A DNA stretch of 55,369 bases, filler included, from Platydemus manokwari (taxonomy: Eukaryota), in assembly GCA_037951405.1 (NCBI GenBank). It is 4 parts of 4 records of this genome, joined end to end, with 100 filler letters (N's around TTAATTAATTAA, not from the genome) between each part and the next. Parts side by side here need not be neighbours in the genome. Positions count along the whole stretch, not along the records: positions 1 to 14,699 come from JBBMOY011411423.1; positions 14,800 to 27,719 come from JBBMOY011905830.1; 2 more parts are not named here. One strand, 5' to 3'. The notes below the pieces were generated by a model. It was not told the origin of the DNA. It was given only the letters and a program-made list of their open reading frames with translations, and did no database searches. A program made the position numbers and the translations under genes. Position 1 is the stretch's first letter; each line of letters begins with the position of its first letter. This document shows, piece after piece, positions 13,389 through 25,651 of the stretch.

Positions 13389-14308
13389 TCATATAAAGTA
13401 ATCTCCACCGGCGTGCTCGTAAAGATGACATTGGTTTCCAATTTTGATAGAAAACGAAATGCATTTCAAGGTATTCAAGCACAGTCTTGCACATTCGATT
13501 TTAGATTGCGCAATTGTTTCCATGAAGTGACTGGCATTTCGATAAGCTTTGAATGATCCAATTAAACGATCTAAAATAAGATCATCAATTATCACTATGA
13601 CAACGACCAATTTACAAGTCATTGAATTTGATTTGACAAACTCATATCCAAATACATCGATCTCACAAATAATCATTGATTCCAAAGGAGCCGGTTTAGA
13701 AATACGCACCGATCTTGCTACCTTTTAAAAATCATTGATTAAAATAAATCAATTACAAAATAATACAAATCTATCAAATGTAATTTCAGTCATTGCAGTT
13801 TTAGCAGGTCCTTTATAGCAGCTATTATTGTTAAACTTTGCTGATCCCGTTGAGTTAACTTCTAAATTACCTTCAAACGATAAATATCGGGTTCGATAAA
13901 CTGTAATTTAATGGAATAATAGATACACAACATATAATAAAGCCAACAGTTTCCGTTAATCCCATTATGTATTCGAATCATTGTAATGACTGAGATATGA
14001 TCGAGAATCACCCCCCAATATTTAGCATTGTTCTTATCAAGACTTTGATAGCACGAGTCTAAAAATGTGAGTTCAACTAATTATCATCAAACATGCTTAC
14101 TAGCAAAGTTGTTCTCGGTATAATTTCCATCAACGGCTATTCTATGGGAATAAATCTGGCTATTATGCTTCATATTGAGAGCATATGTCGGCCTGTTTCT
14201 CGAAAGCCGCGTAACTAAATAGTGTTTATTTAAAAATATAAAATGAAAAATGTTACCATTAGCAGCATAGATCCGCGACACCAAATAAAATAAATAAATG
14301 AAGAGCAT
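13389..14308 (-). CDS. Secreted protein: signal peptide + F-type lectin (FTP/F5-8C) domain + PAN/Apple domain, 232 aa, 6 exons
   Basis: Exons 14308-14257, 14214-14101, 14058-13948, 13900-13767, 13721-13616 and 13570-13389 join in frame through GT-AG introns of 42, 42, 47, 45 and 45 bp (699 nt). FTP hallmarks: LSRNRPTY, AVDGN, CYQS, YWGVIL, VARSVRI, MIICEIDVFG. PAN hallmarks: SKIECARLC...CISFS...CHL. Confidence 0.88.
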
Positions 14309-14699
14309 TTCAAAATTTCACAGCAAACAGTTCATTCTAAAAATGGCTGAATTCTAAAGAAAATTAAATTGAAATTGAATAACTGGGTATGATATAGAAA
14401 TGAGATGAATTTGTTTTCATTAACTGACCAATCAAAATTCACCAAAAACACCATTTTAACAAGATATAAGATATTTTGAAGAGGTTTAGTTAAATTGGAA
14501 TTTTTAGAAACATAAATAAGCAAAGAATATCTTGATTAAGAAAAATTATATTATCATATCATCAGATATGCAACAACTTTGTGATTTTATGTGTTTATGA
14601 TCTTTATGAACAATAAATACAAATGTTGGGGTTTTCAATCAATAACACTTAACAATAACAATATTATGATTATAAATGTATAAAAGTATTAATAATTTT

Positions 14700-14799
14700 N
14701 NNNNNNNNNNNNNNNNNNNNNNNNNNNNNNNNNNNNNNNNNNNTTAATTAATTAANNNNNNNNNNNNNNNNNNNNNNNNNNNNNNNNNNNNNNNNNNNN
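14700..14799. other. Artificial contig linker (44N + TTAATTAATTAA + 44N)
   Basis: Identical 100-bp spacer seen three times; the 12-mer has stops in all six frames. Confidence 0.97.
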
Positions 14800-15479
14800 G
14801 AATAAGAAAATGATCTTGTTTTTGAGGACAGTAAGTCATTCTAGATAATATTCAATAAAAGCTTTCTTTGATTAACAATCACAAATAAAACCTCTCAAGA
14901 AAAAAGTTGTCAATGATCATTAGAGAAATTGTATTTATTTAACAACTTTGAATTTACTGATTATTGTCAGTAGAATATATTCAATATTTTAATTAATTAA
15001 TTTATATTATTCGAATAAATAAATTCTAACATTGAAAATTTAATGTACTGAAATTTCTTTTTAGCTAAACTTTGTTGTATTTATTTTATCATTTCATCGG
15101 GCACAGTCTCTGACAAGATTGACAATTAGTATCATGTGCTATGAAATGGAATTGGAATTAAGACTTTGCAATGCAGGTACATGACTTCTAATCTTACATT
15201 CAACTTCTAAATCTACGTTTACATAAAGTTTAAAGGCGTGGAGTATTATATCGATTATGTTACTGTCTGTGTAGAAAATATGAGTTTTAATTTAGCAGTG
15301 TTTATTTATCTTACTTTTTGGAAATATTGATCTTTTTTAGTTTTCAAGTTGACTTATAAAATCGATACTTGTAATGGTGCTTCTCCCCATAATTATCCAC
15401 TAAATTTTATTATCAAATAATAAAAAGTCAAAAGTTTATTAATCACTACTGTTTAATTGTTCTGTAGGATCACACCCGA

Positions 15480-15790
15480 TTTGGGATTCTTTAGTACTTT
15501 ATTTGGAATTTGAAGATTAATGGTGTTTGCTAACCTCAAGATTCCAAATCCACGCTCCAATTCTTCGTTTGTTTAGTCTTTTTCTTCTATTTCCAGCTAT
15601 TGTTTATGTCGTGCAACTGCTGCCAAGCATTATAGGCTTTTTGCCACTTTCTGGATCTTTGTTTATCAAACTATACATATTATCTTTGAATCAATATTTG
15701 TCTTCTTCGGGCATCGTATGAGCTCTTCTTCGGCATACTCAATATCTGAGTAGAGCACTAATCTATAAATGCTTTCCCAAGATTATCGAT
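15480..15790 (-). mobile_element. Gypsy gag N-terminal remnant
   Basis: Minus-strand ISALLRY*VCRRRAHTMPEEDKY*FK resembles the gag 'LL..L...A..VY..L.EEDK.DY' segment. Stops present. Confidence 0.35.
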
Positions 15791-17349
15791 ATCCTTGTAT
15801 TAAAATTACCTATACTATTTAGCAATGAAACACCTTTATCGAAAATGAGATAATGATCTTTATTGTCGATAATAACAAATATCCTGACCAACACCAATAC
15901 AAATTTATCAATATTAACAATATTAACTGTCCTGTACGATTATAATATTAAAACCGTTTCGAGATGTTCGAAAAAAAAATCTATAATAGGTGTAGATGAC
16001 TATAGCATCGGTTCTTGATTTTATATTGCAATAAGCTTACTTAGTTGGTGTCAAATGTTTGAACGGGATATTTTCGGCCAAAATTGATCTTGAATTTAAT
16101 TGTGTTTTTGTGTCAGTAATTGTATAGAACCCAAGTTTTGTCTGTTATTGTGTTTGTAATTTATACATGCAATAATTGTGGCCACTCCATTATAGAGACC
16201 TCAATGAATCACTGGTAGAAATTCTCATGTATTGTTTATGGTATCCATATATGTTTTGCATAAAGGAATTTATTATCGAAAAGATAAATTTTCATTAATT
16301 TATTTATTCTAGCAATGAAATTCTTGATGATTAAATCTATTCTCTGCGCGATAATTAATGCCTAGTAATTTGGTATTACATTATTCAGGTTTGTTTTAAT
16401 GAGTGAGTTCATTATCAGTGAATTTTTAATAGATTTTATTTATATATTTTGAATTTTTTCGATGTATCAGTCATTATTTTCTATTAATTTAAATATATTT
16501 ATTTAGTTGTACTTAATGCCTTTCCATAATATTCCAGGTGTTTGTACAATCATAAAACAATCGATATTTTTTCATATTTCACTAAACACATTTCCTTTAC
16601 ACCATATGTAAAAATACCTTATGCATAAAAAAACAATGATTGCCATATTGTTATTTTTAATAAATCCTTCAAATTAATTACAGTTTTAAACCCTAACAAG
16701 TATATAAAATGACAGAAAGTTAAAACTTATTTGGCGGGTTATTAGAAATAAACATTTCCAGCATAGAGAGCACAAATCTTGCAAGAAAGAGCAATTAGCA
16801 CGGTTATTTCATGACGGCATTTATAGTGGTTGACTTTGAGCACTTTGCACCAAACGACCATTCGGAAAATAGCCGTACTTTGTGCGGTTATTTGTATATT
16901 TTTAACAATAAAAATGATAAAATTCTGATATTTAAAACTGAGAGTTAAATAGAATCTATTAATTTCCCTTACTATTCTACTTAATTTTAAAAAAATTCTT
17001 TAAAAATTTTTTTGAATAATAATTTAAATTTTATAAACAATGTTATATATTTTATAATAATATTATGAAATCTTTTTACAAAATCATTATCATGAATGTC
17101 AGATATTTAGAGAATTGTAATTCATTTACAAATTCAAAAAGACACATCATAAAAGATTTCAAAATAATAAATTGTTGGTAAATGCTCATAGAATAAAAGT
17201 TAAATGTTTACAAAATCTTAAATTAATATTATTGGACTACTTTGTTCAAAGATTGAGATTTAAATTGAGATTTATTTATCTAGGATTCGAAACAAGAATT
17301 TTTCAAATAACTTTGATGAGTTCAAATCATGCTCTAACTTCTGACCTTA

Positions 17350-17590
17350 TTTTTCGTTAATTCTTTATAGCCTTTTTTAAACTTGCCCATTGTTGTCAAG
17401 TGTAGTGAGCTTTCGGGTCTATCACACTCCTTATTTGCCAACTCATATTTTCTTGAAGTTGTCATCTAGCTTGCCGATTTTCCTTCGCCCTGTGTCCATA
17501 AGGGTTGACAGTTAAGGGAATTTCTCATTTTCAACTACAATGCCTGTCTCTTCACTGTCAGGTAGAGTACCTGGTCACCAATGTTATGAT
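17350..17590 (-). mobile_element. Possible LTR end + PBS + 5' internal region of an LTR retrotransposon
   Basis: Minus strand reads ...CATAACA-T-TGGTGACCAG (about 17588-17571): a CA terminus followed by a TGG-initiated, tRNA-Trp-like PBS. Confidence 0.35.
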
Positions 17591-19499
17591 TTTCCCAACA
17601 TATACACATTATTTATTATTACCATATATATAATTATTTACTATTATATTTTTCCCAGATTAAGATAAATTGACAATGGAGATATTTCTAGGTTTTTAGT
17701 TTATTATTTTCGTTAATTAGTTTGATAAATTTGAGAATTATTTATGAGTTTTCAATTCAAAATAATTCCACGCAGTAACCGATCACTTATATTCTCGTTC
17801 TTCATTATAATTATAACAAATTAATTCTCAAAAACAGCAAATATTAATTTCAAATATCATCTTAAATTTCAATATTTGAAGCGAGAATATTATTCCAAGA
17901 AATTAAAATAGTTCAAAGCATAAAAATATTATCATGATTTTAAATAAAACTTTTTAAGATTTTAATTTTCCAAATATTCTTGAGATTTCATGTTTGTTTT
18001 AGTAATTAATTAATGCTGCAATTGTGAATGTATCAAATATTAATTAACAGCTTTTCTTAAATTAATTTTACTAGTTTTTACATAAGCAATTGATAATTTT
18101 AATGGTTTTTACTAATTTTAAATAAAAATTACTGATTTGAGAGTTTATCTATGTTCTTTATTGATAGCAAAAATTAAATTATTTTTAATTATTTAACCGT
18201 TTTGACTGTCTACATGTCAAAGCCTCACAACATGCTAATGATTTATTTTAATTTGAATATCGATTATTGCAAATATTTATTTATAAAACAAGGTGTTTTT
18301 AGTTCAAGTCAGACAGTGACAGCGCCATCACCAGTAAGTGACAAGGAAATTTCTCAAGGTAATTTATTCGTCACTCATCGACATCCATTCATCTTCGTTT
18401 ATCCAAGCTTGCTAGACATCGCATCCTCGGTGCCCGCACAGTCGTCCGAAATGTCATTGTGATCATTTGATTCGGTCCTTGTCCTAGATAGGAGATAGTT
18501 TTCCCTTGATGGAATTGCCATTGTAGGAATGCGGAGTTGATATTGGGCCTGATGCAATCATAATGCAGTTTCTTCGTATCTTTTCTGAAGCCTAGCTGTC
18601 GTCGAATGATCTCGTTTTTCGATTCCCATGTCCTGAGAACTTCAGTTTAGAATGTATGGAGCTCAATCGTCCAATCTCGTCTGACATTCTTTATTTCTTT
18701 TTCGTAGATCTTCGTATTTTTGCTAATTGGCTTCATCAGCATTCTTCATTAGTCTGGCTTCGTTCATGGGGCATTTGGCACAACTTTTCTCCATTTAGAT
18801 GTTATTTCAATATTGAAATTCCTGAATTCAAAAGTCGGTCCCCTTTCATTACATTGTCCAATATGCATGCATTTTTGCGTGGTTTCGAGAATAATTTTGA
18901 GCACTTTTCCATCAAATGTGTTTCGCTCTGCTTTATGATGTAGTGATTTTCTAGGTCTTGATTCGAGGGACAAGAGTCTGCGTCATTGGAACTCGGTGCA
19001 ATTTTATACAGTTTAGCAGGCAGAAGTCACTTTCGATTGATTGTTTTGCCCCATATAAGTTCACTGACATAGGCTATAAATAGTTTATACTTGTCATCCA
19101 GTGATGCTTTCTCAATTTTGAAAATTTTGTTCATTGGCCAAGATTCTTTGTGTCACAATCGAGGCCCGAATAATCAGTTTTTTAGCCTTCTCTTTAAATG
19201 TTTTGATATCAATCCTTTGCAGAATGATATTTGAGGAGATATTTTTGATAAAAAAAAATACAATTAGGCCACTGTTCTCTAATTGCATTTAGGTTACTCT
19301 AGTTGGATTATTCCTTCTTCATGTAAGTCATTCGGTTTCCAAAGCAGTATAGTCAAATTTCTGTTGGCATTTGGGATTATTTACTGGAGCTTATCGTGTC
19401 CATCAAGGAGATCGTATATTTTTCAACATTTACTTTTAGGAGGTTCCATTGTTTCGACTTCAGAATAAACTTTTAATTCACTATCTTAAAAAACTTGAA

Positions 19500-20650
19500 G
19501 TAAAGGTTATCGATAATATTTTTGACTTTGGTCCGCATTATCATCTCTCACCGATAAACGGATAATAATAGCATAATACGATACCATCCGATAAGATTCT
19601 ACCATGCCATCAAACAAAACGTTAAAAAGAAATGCGAAGGTTTCAGAATCCGCAGTTACTCTAGTATAAAAGAGATTCCAAATACTCTTAAATCCGCATC
19701 CCTAGACAATAAGTCCATCACAATATATTACACCGCAGTATAAGGAAATTTTTGTGCTCAAAATAATTCTGGAAGATGTGGATATCGAGTTTGATCAAAT
19801 AATTCTTCATGCTTTTGACACCGCAATCGATATGAGAAAATTGAGATAGAGCCATTCTCACTGATTCACATAATTAGAAGAGGTATAATAGACTAGAACT
19901 ACGATCAAGTTAGAGTAACCCTTTGAAGCATGAGAAAAAGAGAACAAATAAAATCGCAAGCATCAGCAGTTCTCACATGGGCAGACCCAACAAGACTAGC
20001 AGAATGGACGTTGTTGAAAGAAGGAGAGCAATTGTGGATAATACAATCAGTGGAACAGAAAATTTTAGCTGAAAAATTCTGGCGAAAACATGTTAAGCTG
20101 ATTAATAAGAAAATCTGACCTTTCGGAGTAAAACAAGTGCATCACTTAACAAGCCAGTTCACAGAGGAAGATGATCAAAATCGAAGAAACGAATTACTTG
20201 AGATAATGTAAGAAGCAAACAGAACAATGAATCAAATGATAATTGATGATGAGATTGGTGAAGAAAATGTCACAATTGATGAAGCACAGGAAATGAAGAA
20301 TGAGGAGCAGGATATTTTTGATTCATTTGAGGAGATTGAGCAGACACTAGGTGAAATGTTAGCTGAAGAATGCCGTTGGTCATAGAGCTACTTGGAGCAG
20401 ACATTTGACGAAAATTAACAGCAAGTAATTAGAAGATTCAATTTCAAACATGGTACGCCAATATTCGTGCCAAGACAGAACACCGTCTGGGAAAGCGATA
20501 TGCATTCGCCTAATTATGGGCTAAATTTTATCGACCAAATTGTTCCATATTGAGAGAATCTAGAAGATCATTTAATTCAGCTTTCGAAGGCCATCCGTCA
20601 AGAAATAAGACACTTTTTTCAAACCCCATGTAGTGTTGGAGTTTTGGGAA
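19500..20650 (+). mobile_element. Decayed 3' coding tail of a retroelement ending at TGTAGTGTTGG (copy 2 of the 9670-10060 family)
   Basis: Stop-interrupted coding-like sequence (ORF 19930-20118; acidic tract 20240-20410), then VWESDMHSPNY (20485) and AAACCCCA-TGTAGTGTTGG (20629). Confidence 0.45.
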
Positions 20651-22310
20651 ATCAAGTTTTCCATTGTGACAATAATCTGGACACATTGACTCTGTATATT
20701 GTGGATATTTGCATGAATTTTTACCGTTATTCTTGCTATATTGTCAAAAACCTTACTTATGTATTGATGTGCAGCAACATTGATTTTTATGTAATAATAT
20801 ATTTCTGGAAAAGCTTATAATGTTAATTATAGTAAGAATAAAATAATAATCATTATGGAACAATTGCACATTCATTTTATGAAAACCAAAAGGATCAATA
20901 AGATAGTACCTGATAATTTAACCCTAACAACGAAAATATTTGCAAAAAATACCCGCATATAACTAGGCTTGGCAATTAAAGGAAAAAATAATACCCCTTG
21001 GTTGGAAAATAATGGACACCATTTTCCATACAATAAAAACCCCTACACTATAAATAATGGTCCATATTAATAATGAAAACTCATTAGAATAAATAAAATA
21101 TGACCATCATTTTAATGGAAATTAAATAGTAATGAAATCAGTATAAATAGACTCATAACATCACTAGCCTCGCCCGCCTGTTAAAAAAGAATTTTTGTGT
21201 TGTGTACGAAGTTAATTATTTGAATTCGCCAGCCTTAGAAGCTAGGCAATTTTCCTTCCAGCAGAAATCAAAATCATATGCATAGTTTGACTGGAAGATT
21301 AATTTGACATTTATATTTATTCTGATTGATTCGTTACTGAAGATGCAAAAGTCACAGAAAGATTCATTCCTGTAAAATCATTTGCAATTTATAAAATACG
21401 CATATTCTTACTATCTATTGGGTTGATTCCAACTACCTTGATCATTTGGTTTTACTCCAATTGAGAGAGGTATTAACCAGAGCTTGGCCAGAAGTTGTAC
21501 AAGTCTGTTCGTTTATGTGTATAAAAGTATTGATTGTAAACTAATTGTATACAAGCAGTAATTTATGTGTTTTTGTTAATCATAATAAATTTGTGTATTA
21601 AAAAGCAAATTAGTTCTGATATTGCCGAGTGTCAAAAGTTTCATCTCATTGACAGAAAACAATCATTTCAATATCATCTCATCATATTTTATAGGGTGCA
21701 TAGAAGTTAAATCGAAATTAAATTAAGACTGATAAAGTCGGCAATACAATTGAGCCGTTCATCCCGTCTTCACAAGAGATTGAGACGATCAAGGCGAAGG
21801 AAGACCATATAATATTAAGTAGGTTTAAAGTCTACCTGGGATTATGAGGACTCCGTGAAACCTATTTTTTCTATGATTCTGCAGAAGAAAAATTCAAATT
21901 AATCAAGTAAAGTGAGAATAGAGAATAGTATAAAATAGACTGACCCAAAATTCAACGTGTTCATTATTGTAATTCTTGATTGAGAACATTTTTACTCCCA
22001 TATTTTTACTTTCATTTATCTTGATTTTGTTTTATCATTGATTTTTTGATATATCATTCTTGGTTAGTTTATTATTTAACATATTTGTGTGTATTGATTG
22101 CTTTCATACAGTATTGATTATTTTAGTAAATTGAATTTCAGAACCCTTCGACAAGCACATCTTTAAAGCAGGTTTTACTTGGATGGATATTTTCTTTGAA
22201 ATTATTCGATTATTTAATTCGATATTTAATACGGATGAACATAAATGAAAATCTGTATGGACATAACTGAAATGCCAGAGTAAGATATTCAAATTGTTAA
22301 GTGGTTAATA

Positions 22311-22335
22311 TAAAATAAATAAATAAATAAATAAA
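22311..22335 (+). repeat. (TAAA)n microsatellite
   Basis: Direct inspection; may be the 3' tail of a LINE. Confidence 0.85.
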
Positions 22336-22355
22336 CTACCTTTTGTTAAAAAAAA

Positions 22356-22415
22356 AGTCCTATTTCGGCCTTCCATGGGTCTCATCAGTGCCTCGGATCA
22401 GAAACAGATAGGACT
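22356..22415 (-). ncRNA. Type III hammerhead ribozyme
   Basis: Minus strand: AGUCCUA-UC / UGUUUC-UGAUCC-GAGGCA / CUGAUGA / GACC-CAUGGAA-GGCC / GAAA-UAGGACU. All core nucleotides are present. Stem III is 7 perfect bp plus A15.1-U16.1, stem I is 6 bp (2 GU), stem II is 4 bp with one A-C mismatch. AUC cleavage triplet, predicted cut between 22407 and 22406. Confidence 0.85.
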
Positions 22416-22419
22416 AAAA

Positions 22420-22930
22420 GAAATCTAGAAAATAACCATCTGTTTCTATTATCATTTTGAAACCAATCCATCAAGTAACCCAAAACACAGGATTACTATA
22501 TTATTGCTAAAGTGCATTCAAAACCTGACGGGATTTTAAAGCTCTGACAGGCAATAAATTTCGGCACATTATTGCGGTTAAGATAAATCCCGTCGGATAA
22601 TGAAAATTCCAATTCATAACGGATGACAGATTGAGCTACATGTATGATGGATAATCAGAGCAAACTTTATGAGATCGACAGAGAGTATTCAGATATTTCT
22701 TCGGTGATAAACAATTAAAATATTGTCATAGTGGTTCTATTTGCTTATCAATTACAGATTGTTAGTTTATAACTTTAGATAATAAAATAGATTCAATAAA
22801 TATAGGCATGTTTATATGGGATGAATATTTTGAAAATTTATTTTATTCAGGTTCCAATAATGCCAAATTAACTGTTTGGATATTTCATTATTCGGTGCCT
22901 ATTATAAGCTTATATTTTTCATTTCGATGA
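22420..22930 (+). mobile_element. Penelope-like element RT relic (5'-truncated, decayed)
   Basis: PKTQDYYIIAKVHSKPDGILKL*QAINF resembles the PLE RT motif P.FYGLPKIHK...P.RPIV; later FNCLDISL resembles L.FLDI. It abuts an inverted hammerhead, as expected for an inverted pLTR. Confidence 0.45.
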
Positions 22931-22996
22931 AATGATATTTAAATCTTTCATATAAATTATCCATAACCTCTAACTAATCGATTCTTTTCACTAACT

Positions 22997-23119
22997 CAGG
23001 GGTGGCCAACCGGTCTATCGCGATCGACTGGTCGATCTTGAAGCCAATTTTATTCTATCGCGTGAAAAGTTATTTAAATGAAAAGTCGATCTTACGTACA
23101 CAAAAGTTGGCCACCTCTG
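22997..23119. mobile_element. hAT-type MITE, 123 bp
   Basis: TIRs CAGGGGTGGCCAAC ... GTTGGCCACCTCTG (13/14 match). Flanking 8-mers CACTAACT / CACTATAT (6/8) fit an aged 8-bp TSD. Confidence 0.85.
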
Positions 23120-25651
23120 CACTATATAATATAAAATGACTAGCACAACTAATTCATTTTTACGCCATTTGCTAACTGATTGTGAAACGGATTCATTAGT
23201 GTACCATCTGATGTGAGCACCGTTACTATTAAGTATCAACTGATTAACAAATCAAGACAATTACTTGAAAACGCGCTCAATAAATTATCGTCATACCATT
23301 GAAAAATATAAATTACCAATCAGGAAAACAACAAAATAAAATCAACAAATGCGAATGAAAATTAAAAAAAATAGTAAAAATTGAAAATTTATAAAAATTT
23401 AAGAATTTTATAAAATAGATTTATTTCAGTAGCAAAAAACGGGAATACATTTTTTGTTTTTATAAAATGAAATTATTAATAATAATAATAATAAAGAAAA
23501 GGTCAGTAATTATTAAAATCAATTTGATGTAATGGGATCAATTATCTCTAATGGCCAGCAAGGCAGAAATAATCGACGACATAATCCCATGACATCAATG
23601 GGGATCAATCAGAAAAATGAAAAATAATAGACATAATTACTGAAGCTGTTGATGGCTCAAAATTTAATATATAAAAACTGTGATCGATCAGAGAAAAACA
23701 GAAGCAAAACCCGAAAAATTACTGAGGCTATCGACTATGATCAATCAGAGAGTAAATGGTAAAATTTTGTTATTGTAATATTCGATTTGGTCGTAAATTT
23801 TCACTTTGTAATATACCACTAAAATTCCTGCTTGCATATTAAAGTGAAGAATCTGAATCGGTTATATTTATAATTGTTTCACTTTTTATTCCTGTTGTCT
23901 TTTTGTAAATTTTAAAATTTAACTACACGCGTCAAATAATTTTTCCTATTTTTTCAGAGATACGAACTGCTCAGATATTATAATCACTGATAAATATGTA
24001 GAAAAATAATAATCCATCTCATATTCAAGTTGACATTAAATAATATATAAGCAAGGAACATCCTTAAACATAATAAATACATTTCCTATAATAGTCCCTA
24101 TACTATTCGAGAAACCCATTTACACAGAATATAGAGAGTCAGTCAGTACCTAATGTTAAAATTACCAATATGTAAATATTTCAAAGCCTGTGATTGGTTA
24201 TGTTGGAGTGATGTATGTTATTTGACGGTGTGTATACCCTTTTGGGTCTCAATTCAAGGTTTTTGATAATAGTTTTCAATAATTTCTGATACTGCATAAT
24301 ATCAACGATAAGATCAAGCTATCAAAACAACATACCTTATCAAGCATGTTCAAATCATTTCAATAACTGATGTTGGGATTAAATTCTGAATAACCAAATA
24401 ATTGCTGATACCGAAAATCGAAGGTTTCAAGCTTTATTTCTAACTTACGTACTAATCCGTACGACTCACAAGGTATCACAAAAACACAATCAAAAATTGG
24501 CTTTCAACTGCCACACGTACTATCAGTACGACTCTAAAATTCAATATAATGTATCAAATAACGCAGCCAATACTTAACTCCCAACTGGCAGTTGGCCATC
24601 TTTACTTCAATTGTAGGCATTCAAATGTTGTAAGTGCTAAAACAATGGTTCCAGGGTGCAAATCCGTTTTCCTTTTGCACGATTTTGTCTCAGTTAACAA
24701 TGATGTAAAAAAAGTACAATTCCTAATTATACATTTAATTTGTAAATTCTTAGACTCATCACCTCACTAAATAATTACAATGAAGTGAATACTTAGAAAT
24801 AAAGATGAATCATTTAGATTATTATCTGACAATATAAGGTGAAAAATACAATTTGAATTACAAAGAATAACAGATTCAACTCGTCCGCAAATACAATTAA
24901 AAATCGCACTACAAAAAATTAGTTAATCACTTAAGATAAGATCACCTACGGAAAGTTGAATACCGAACAGAAAAAAATCAAGACCATTGGCTGACAGAAA
25001 AATCACACAAAAGTCACAGAACATAATGAAGATTTCCGACCAAAAAGGAATGGCATGCTCTTTTATAATCTTATTAAGTGTTTTCATCTGATGTCCCAGA
25101 GCTTCACTTTACATTTGATAAATTCATCCAAACATCGATATATTAGCGACATTTTTCTTACGTCTCTCGGACTATTGGAAAACATCAGTGTTTCTTGGCA
25201 TTTGTTTGTATGCAACAGTTGATTTTTGACTTCTAAATATGGACTGATATACAAAAGGAATCGAGTTGGATATTGGCACGTGCTTTATTGAACCTGGATA
25301 TATCAACCCTTTGAGGGTTATTTCCATGGCTTTCGTGAATATTTTGGATGTTTCTATGACCTACTCAAAAATTTTCTCAGATGAGTTGACTTCCCATGAA
25401 AGAAAGGCAGTTATACGAAAAGCTAAAATATTTAAATCATTACTACAACTCATAAGATTTTTACCAAATCATTTTGTCTATTTTTGCTATAATTTATGGC
25501 CGATAATATAATAATTAAAGTATTCAATTATTGATTTTCATGGCATTTCATTTTCCATGCTCATTAAAAGTCGCATAAAATATTCATGTCTCACTTGTTT
25601 ATTAATAGTTCATTTCACAAATTTTATAAATAATCAATAATGTTTTCTTAC

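Noticed and set aside
14744-14755. Palindromic TTAATTAATTAA repeated three times
   Set aside because: Synthetic linker embedded in Ns, not biological.
21338-21375. CTGAAGATG...CAGAAA Penelope-like hammerhead motif
   Set aside because: Stem II is only 2 bp and there is no convincing stem I or III.
25000-25511. Candidate next nAChR exon / ORF 25266-25511
   Set aside because: All three minus frames after the apparent acceptor hit stops and there is no Cys-loop motif; the plus ORF has no recognisable family.
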